From the IMG/VR virus record IMGVR_UViG_3300005933_000015, positions 1 to 57,474 of that record: a DNA stretch of 57,474 nt; one strand, given 5' to 3'. Below are positions 55,701-57,474 of this stretch, piece by piece. The notes below the pieces were generated by a model. It saw only the letters and a program-made list of their open reading frames with translations. It made no database searches and was not told the origin of the DNA. The first letter of the stretch is position 1. Each line of letters begins with the position of its first letter. The translations under genes were made by a program, and so were the position numbers. This DNA is from a virus. Its lineage: Duplodnaviria > Caudoviricetes.

Positions 55701-57474
55701 AACTGGTGTTATCAGTTTTACTCAGGTGCCTGAAACAACTACATCACTGGCATTTGTTGGAACTACATTAACATTTACTGATGAGACAGGAACACCAAAC
55801 AATATTGATCTGTCATCACTACTTGATGACACAAATACTATCACTTCTGTTAATAGTCAAACTGGTGCTGTTGTATTAGATACTGATGATATCGGCGAAG
55901 GTACTACTAACCTTTACTACACCGATGCAAGAGCACAAGCCGCAATCACTGGTGGTACTGGTGTAACAGTTACTGGTGGATCAGTTGCGATTGGTCAAGA
56001 TGTATCCACTACTGCTGATGTAACTTTCAATGATGTTGATGTGAACGGGAATGTCACTATAGACGGAGACTTAACTGTATCCGGTACAACTGTTACTATC
56101 AACGCAACTAACTTGGCTGTTGAAGATAACATGATCTACTTAAATAGTGGATCTGCTGTTGCTAACCCAGATTTGGGTATTGCGGGTAACTACAATGATG
56201 GAACATATGCTCATGCGGGTGTATTCCGAGATGCAACAGACGGTGTGTGGAAGTTCTATGATGGATACACTCCGGAACCAGACGCTTCTGCTTTTATTGA
56301 TACCACACATGCATCATTTAATCTAGCATCTGTCGAGGCTGGATCATTTATTGGTGATCTAACTGGCAATGTGACTGGAACTGTTTCTAGTCTGTCTAAT
56401 CATACAACATCAACACTTTCTGAAGGTTCTAATCTATACTATACAGATTCTCGTGCTAGAGGTGCAATCTCTGTATCTGGTGATCTTTCATATGATTCTG
56501 CAACTGGTGTTATTTCATATACTACTCCAGATATATCATCTACGACAGTATCAGGCACTGCACCAGTTGCGCCATCTGAAGGCGACTTGTGGTTTGATAA
56601 TGTAACCACAGGGCAACTCTACACATATGTAGGTTCATCATGGTTGTCCACTGCGGGTATCACGACATTAGAGTTCTCAAGTGTTGGCGATCTTGGTGAT
56701 GTAGACCTTGTCACCAATGCTCCAACGGATGGTCAGACACTGATATGGGATAGTGTTAATTCTAAGTTTATTCCTGCTGATGTAGCAGTAGACTTTACTG
56801 GATATGCGACAGAGACGTTTGTTAATACTTCTATCTCTACTGCATCTAGTAACTACGCTACATCTACTCAAGGTGCATTAGCAGATACTGCATTGCAGAC
56901 AACAGACCTTACTGGTTACGCTACTGAGACATATGTCGGTACAGCGATATCTAATCTAATAGACTCTGCTCCTGGCGCACTAGACACATTAAATGAACTT
57001 GCTGCTGCACTTGGTGATGATGCTAATTTCGCAACTACTACTGCGAACGCAATTAGTCTAAAAGCTAACTCTGCTGATCTAGGTACTGCTGCGGTACAAG
57101 ATGTTGGCTACTTTGCAACTGCTGCCCAAGGCACGCTTGCCGGCACTGCACTACAGTCAGTCGCATTCGCTGATCTTACATCTACACCAACGACTCTCGC
57201 TGGTTACGGTATCACGGATTCGTTCTTTGATGGTGCTTATGGAAGTTTAACTGGTGCTCCTACCATTCCATCAGTATTAACTGATCTGGCTATTACTGAT
57301 GGCACTGTCGGGCAGGTTCTAACCACAGATGGTGCTGGCACATTTACTTTTGAAGATGCTGCGGCGCCATATGGCGATTCAGAAGTCGGAACTTACTTGT
57401 CCACCAATGGGTTTGATACTGCTGCAAACATTGTAGCATCTATTGTAGATACCGCTCCTGGAACCTTAGATACT
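52747..57474 (+). CDS. very long repeat-rich tail fibre / adhesin (partial, >1575 aa; missing from ORF track because there is no stop)
   Basis: MAQYIGNSP start; spot checks show the same frame to the window end (…DTAPGTLDT); repeats TDDLSEGxTNLYYTDAR, APxxLDTLNELAxALGDD, GDLWFDNV. Confidence 0.85.
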   Translation, partial: MAQYIGNSPETILLKTKRDTYTYTSTAGQTVFSGTDNDSKLFVSLERSQVLVYLNGLLLEPNSYTVGSTSVVLDTGVASGVEVVIFTEIESALVNSPTRVEVNTLISTAIAAVATELNDLTDVDLTTTPPTDGQALIWDNATSTWIPGDSFSQTDFDSAFTFKDTDDLSEGTTNLYYTDARVDARVTALDLATETYVDSTVSTAVSNLVSSAPAALDTLNELAQALGDDANFSTTITNSIATKLSTADFTSTADTWIGTKDTDDLSEGTTNLYYTAARSRGAISATGDLTYNSATGELGVTTYKTSDFNTDLASSDTDDLSEGLTNLYYTDARVGTYLTTNDYATESFVTSAVAAKDNTDEISEGLTNLYYTDARVGIYLNANSFATETYVNNTISAKDSDDFAEGSTNLYYTDARVGSYLNANSFATETYVNNTISAKDSDDFAEGLTNLYYTDARVGSYLNANLFATETYVNNTISAKDSDDFAEGATNLYFTQARVSSYLDVNGFNPTDEISITDLGITDGVVGQVLTTDGAGNFTFEDGATPTTVSGTAPSSPEQGDLWFDNVTTGQLYTYVGTSWLSTAGLTTLEYSSVGDLSDVDLTVAPVTGQALVWDGSKFIPGDSFSQTDFDNAFTAKDTDDLSEGSTNLYYTDARADARIAVASSNYATAAQGALADTALQAADLTGYATETYVGTAISNLIDTAPTTLDTLNELAAALGDDPNFATTVATSIGTKLATADFTSTADTWIGTKDTDALSEGSTNLYYTDARVSSYLTTNTYATESYVTTAISGKADSSSLATVATTGEYSDLLNQPSIPSVLTDIGIVDGTIGQILTTDGAGGFIFEDAAEPLVVSGTAPASPSEGALWFDNVNTGQLYAYVGTSWLSTAGLTTLEYSSVGDLSDVDLTVAPTDGQTLIWDNANSKFIAGTIEGYTVLDFNTDLAASDTDDLSEGSTNLYYTDARATAASRSAISAGGDLSYDSATGVISFTQVPETTTSLAFVGTTLTFTDETGTPNNIDLSSLLDDTNTITSVNSQTGAVVLDTDDIGEGTTNLYYTDARAQAAITGGTGVTVTGGSVAIGQDVSTTADVTFNDVDVNGNVTIDGDLTVSGTTVTINATNLAVEDNMIYLNSGSAVANPDLGIAGNYNDGTYAHAGVFRDATDGVWKFYDGYTPEPDASAFIDTTHASFNLASVEAGSFIGDLTGNVTGTVSSLSNHTTSTLSEGSNLYYTDSRARGAISVSGDLSYDSATGVISYTTPDISSTTVSGTAPVAPSEGDLWFDNVTTGQLYTYVGSSWLSTAGITTLEFSSVGDLGDVDLVTNAPTDGQTLIWDSVNSKFIPADVAVDFTGYATETFVNTSISTASSNYATSTQGALADTALQTTDLTGYATETYVGTAISNLIDSAPGALDTLNELAAALGDDANFATTTANAISLKANSADLGTAAVQDVGYFATAAQGTLAGTALQSVAFADLTSTPTTLAGYGITDSFFDGAYGSLTGAPTIPSVLTDLAITDGTVGQVLTTDGAGTFTFEDAAAPYGDSEVGTYLSTNGFDTAANIVASIVDTAPGTLDT
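53710..54230 (+). repeat. 123-bp (41-aa) tandem repeat in the fibre gene
   Basis: GAAGGT unit starts at 53836, 53959, 54082 and 54205 (123-bp period); a diverged copy starts at 53710. Confidence 0.88.

Noticed and set aside
54557-55771. Short + strand ORFs 54557..54850 and 55577..55771
   Set aside because: Out-of-frame ORFs inside the long fibre gene that starts at 52747
1-57474. Stop-codon reassignment, introns, inteins or homing endonucleases
   Set aside because: Core genes are intact and of expected size under the standard code; no HNH, GIY-YIG, LAGLIDADG or intein motifs were noticed

Overview
This window is part of a large T4-like myovirus genome (Tevenvirinae/Kyanoviridae-type gene order). 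All calls come from reading motifs and gene order; no database search was run. 1-11.5 kb is an early/replication region: DNA ligase gp30, a 2OG-Fe(II) oxygenase, DexA exonuclease, a GP88-like protein, many small ORFs behind four repeated palindrome+sigma70 promoter cassettes, a SleB-type hydrolase, and gp33-gp59-gp32. 11.5-34.9 kb is the tail/baseplate block: gp29-like tape measure, gp51, gp26, gp54, gp2, gp4, then gp48, gp53, a hub protein, gp5 carrying an M15 peptidase, PAAR, gp25, gp6, gp7, gp8, a 1741-aa VrlC-like protein and fibre proteins, with T4-type TATAAATA late promoters. 34.8-48.4 kb is an enzyme island inside the virion genes: 5 radical SAM/twitch enzymes, 4 glycosyltransferase-like genes, 3 methyltransferase-like genes, 2 oxygenase-like genes, 2 SGNH-like proteins and a QueC-like PP-loop enzyme. 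It lies just downstream of a putative virion protein with a Tyr/Gly tetrapeptide repeat. 48.5 kb to the end encodes repeat-rich tail fibres, the last truncated by the window edge. The top leads are (i) the island as a possible virion-protein modification system, (ii) a probable -1 frameshift fusing gp26 to gp51 just upstream of the tape measure gene, and (iii) several repeated or structured non-coding elements, including an isolated initiator-tRNA anticodon arm.
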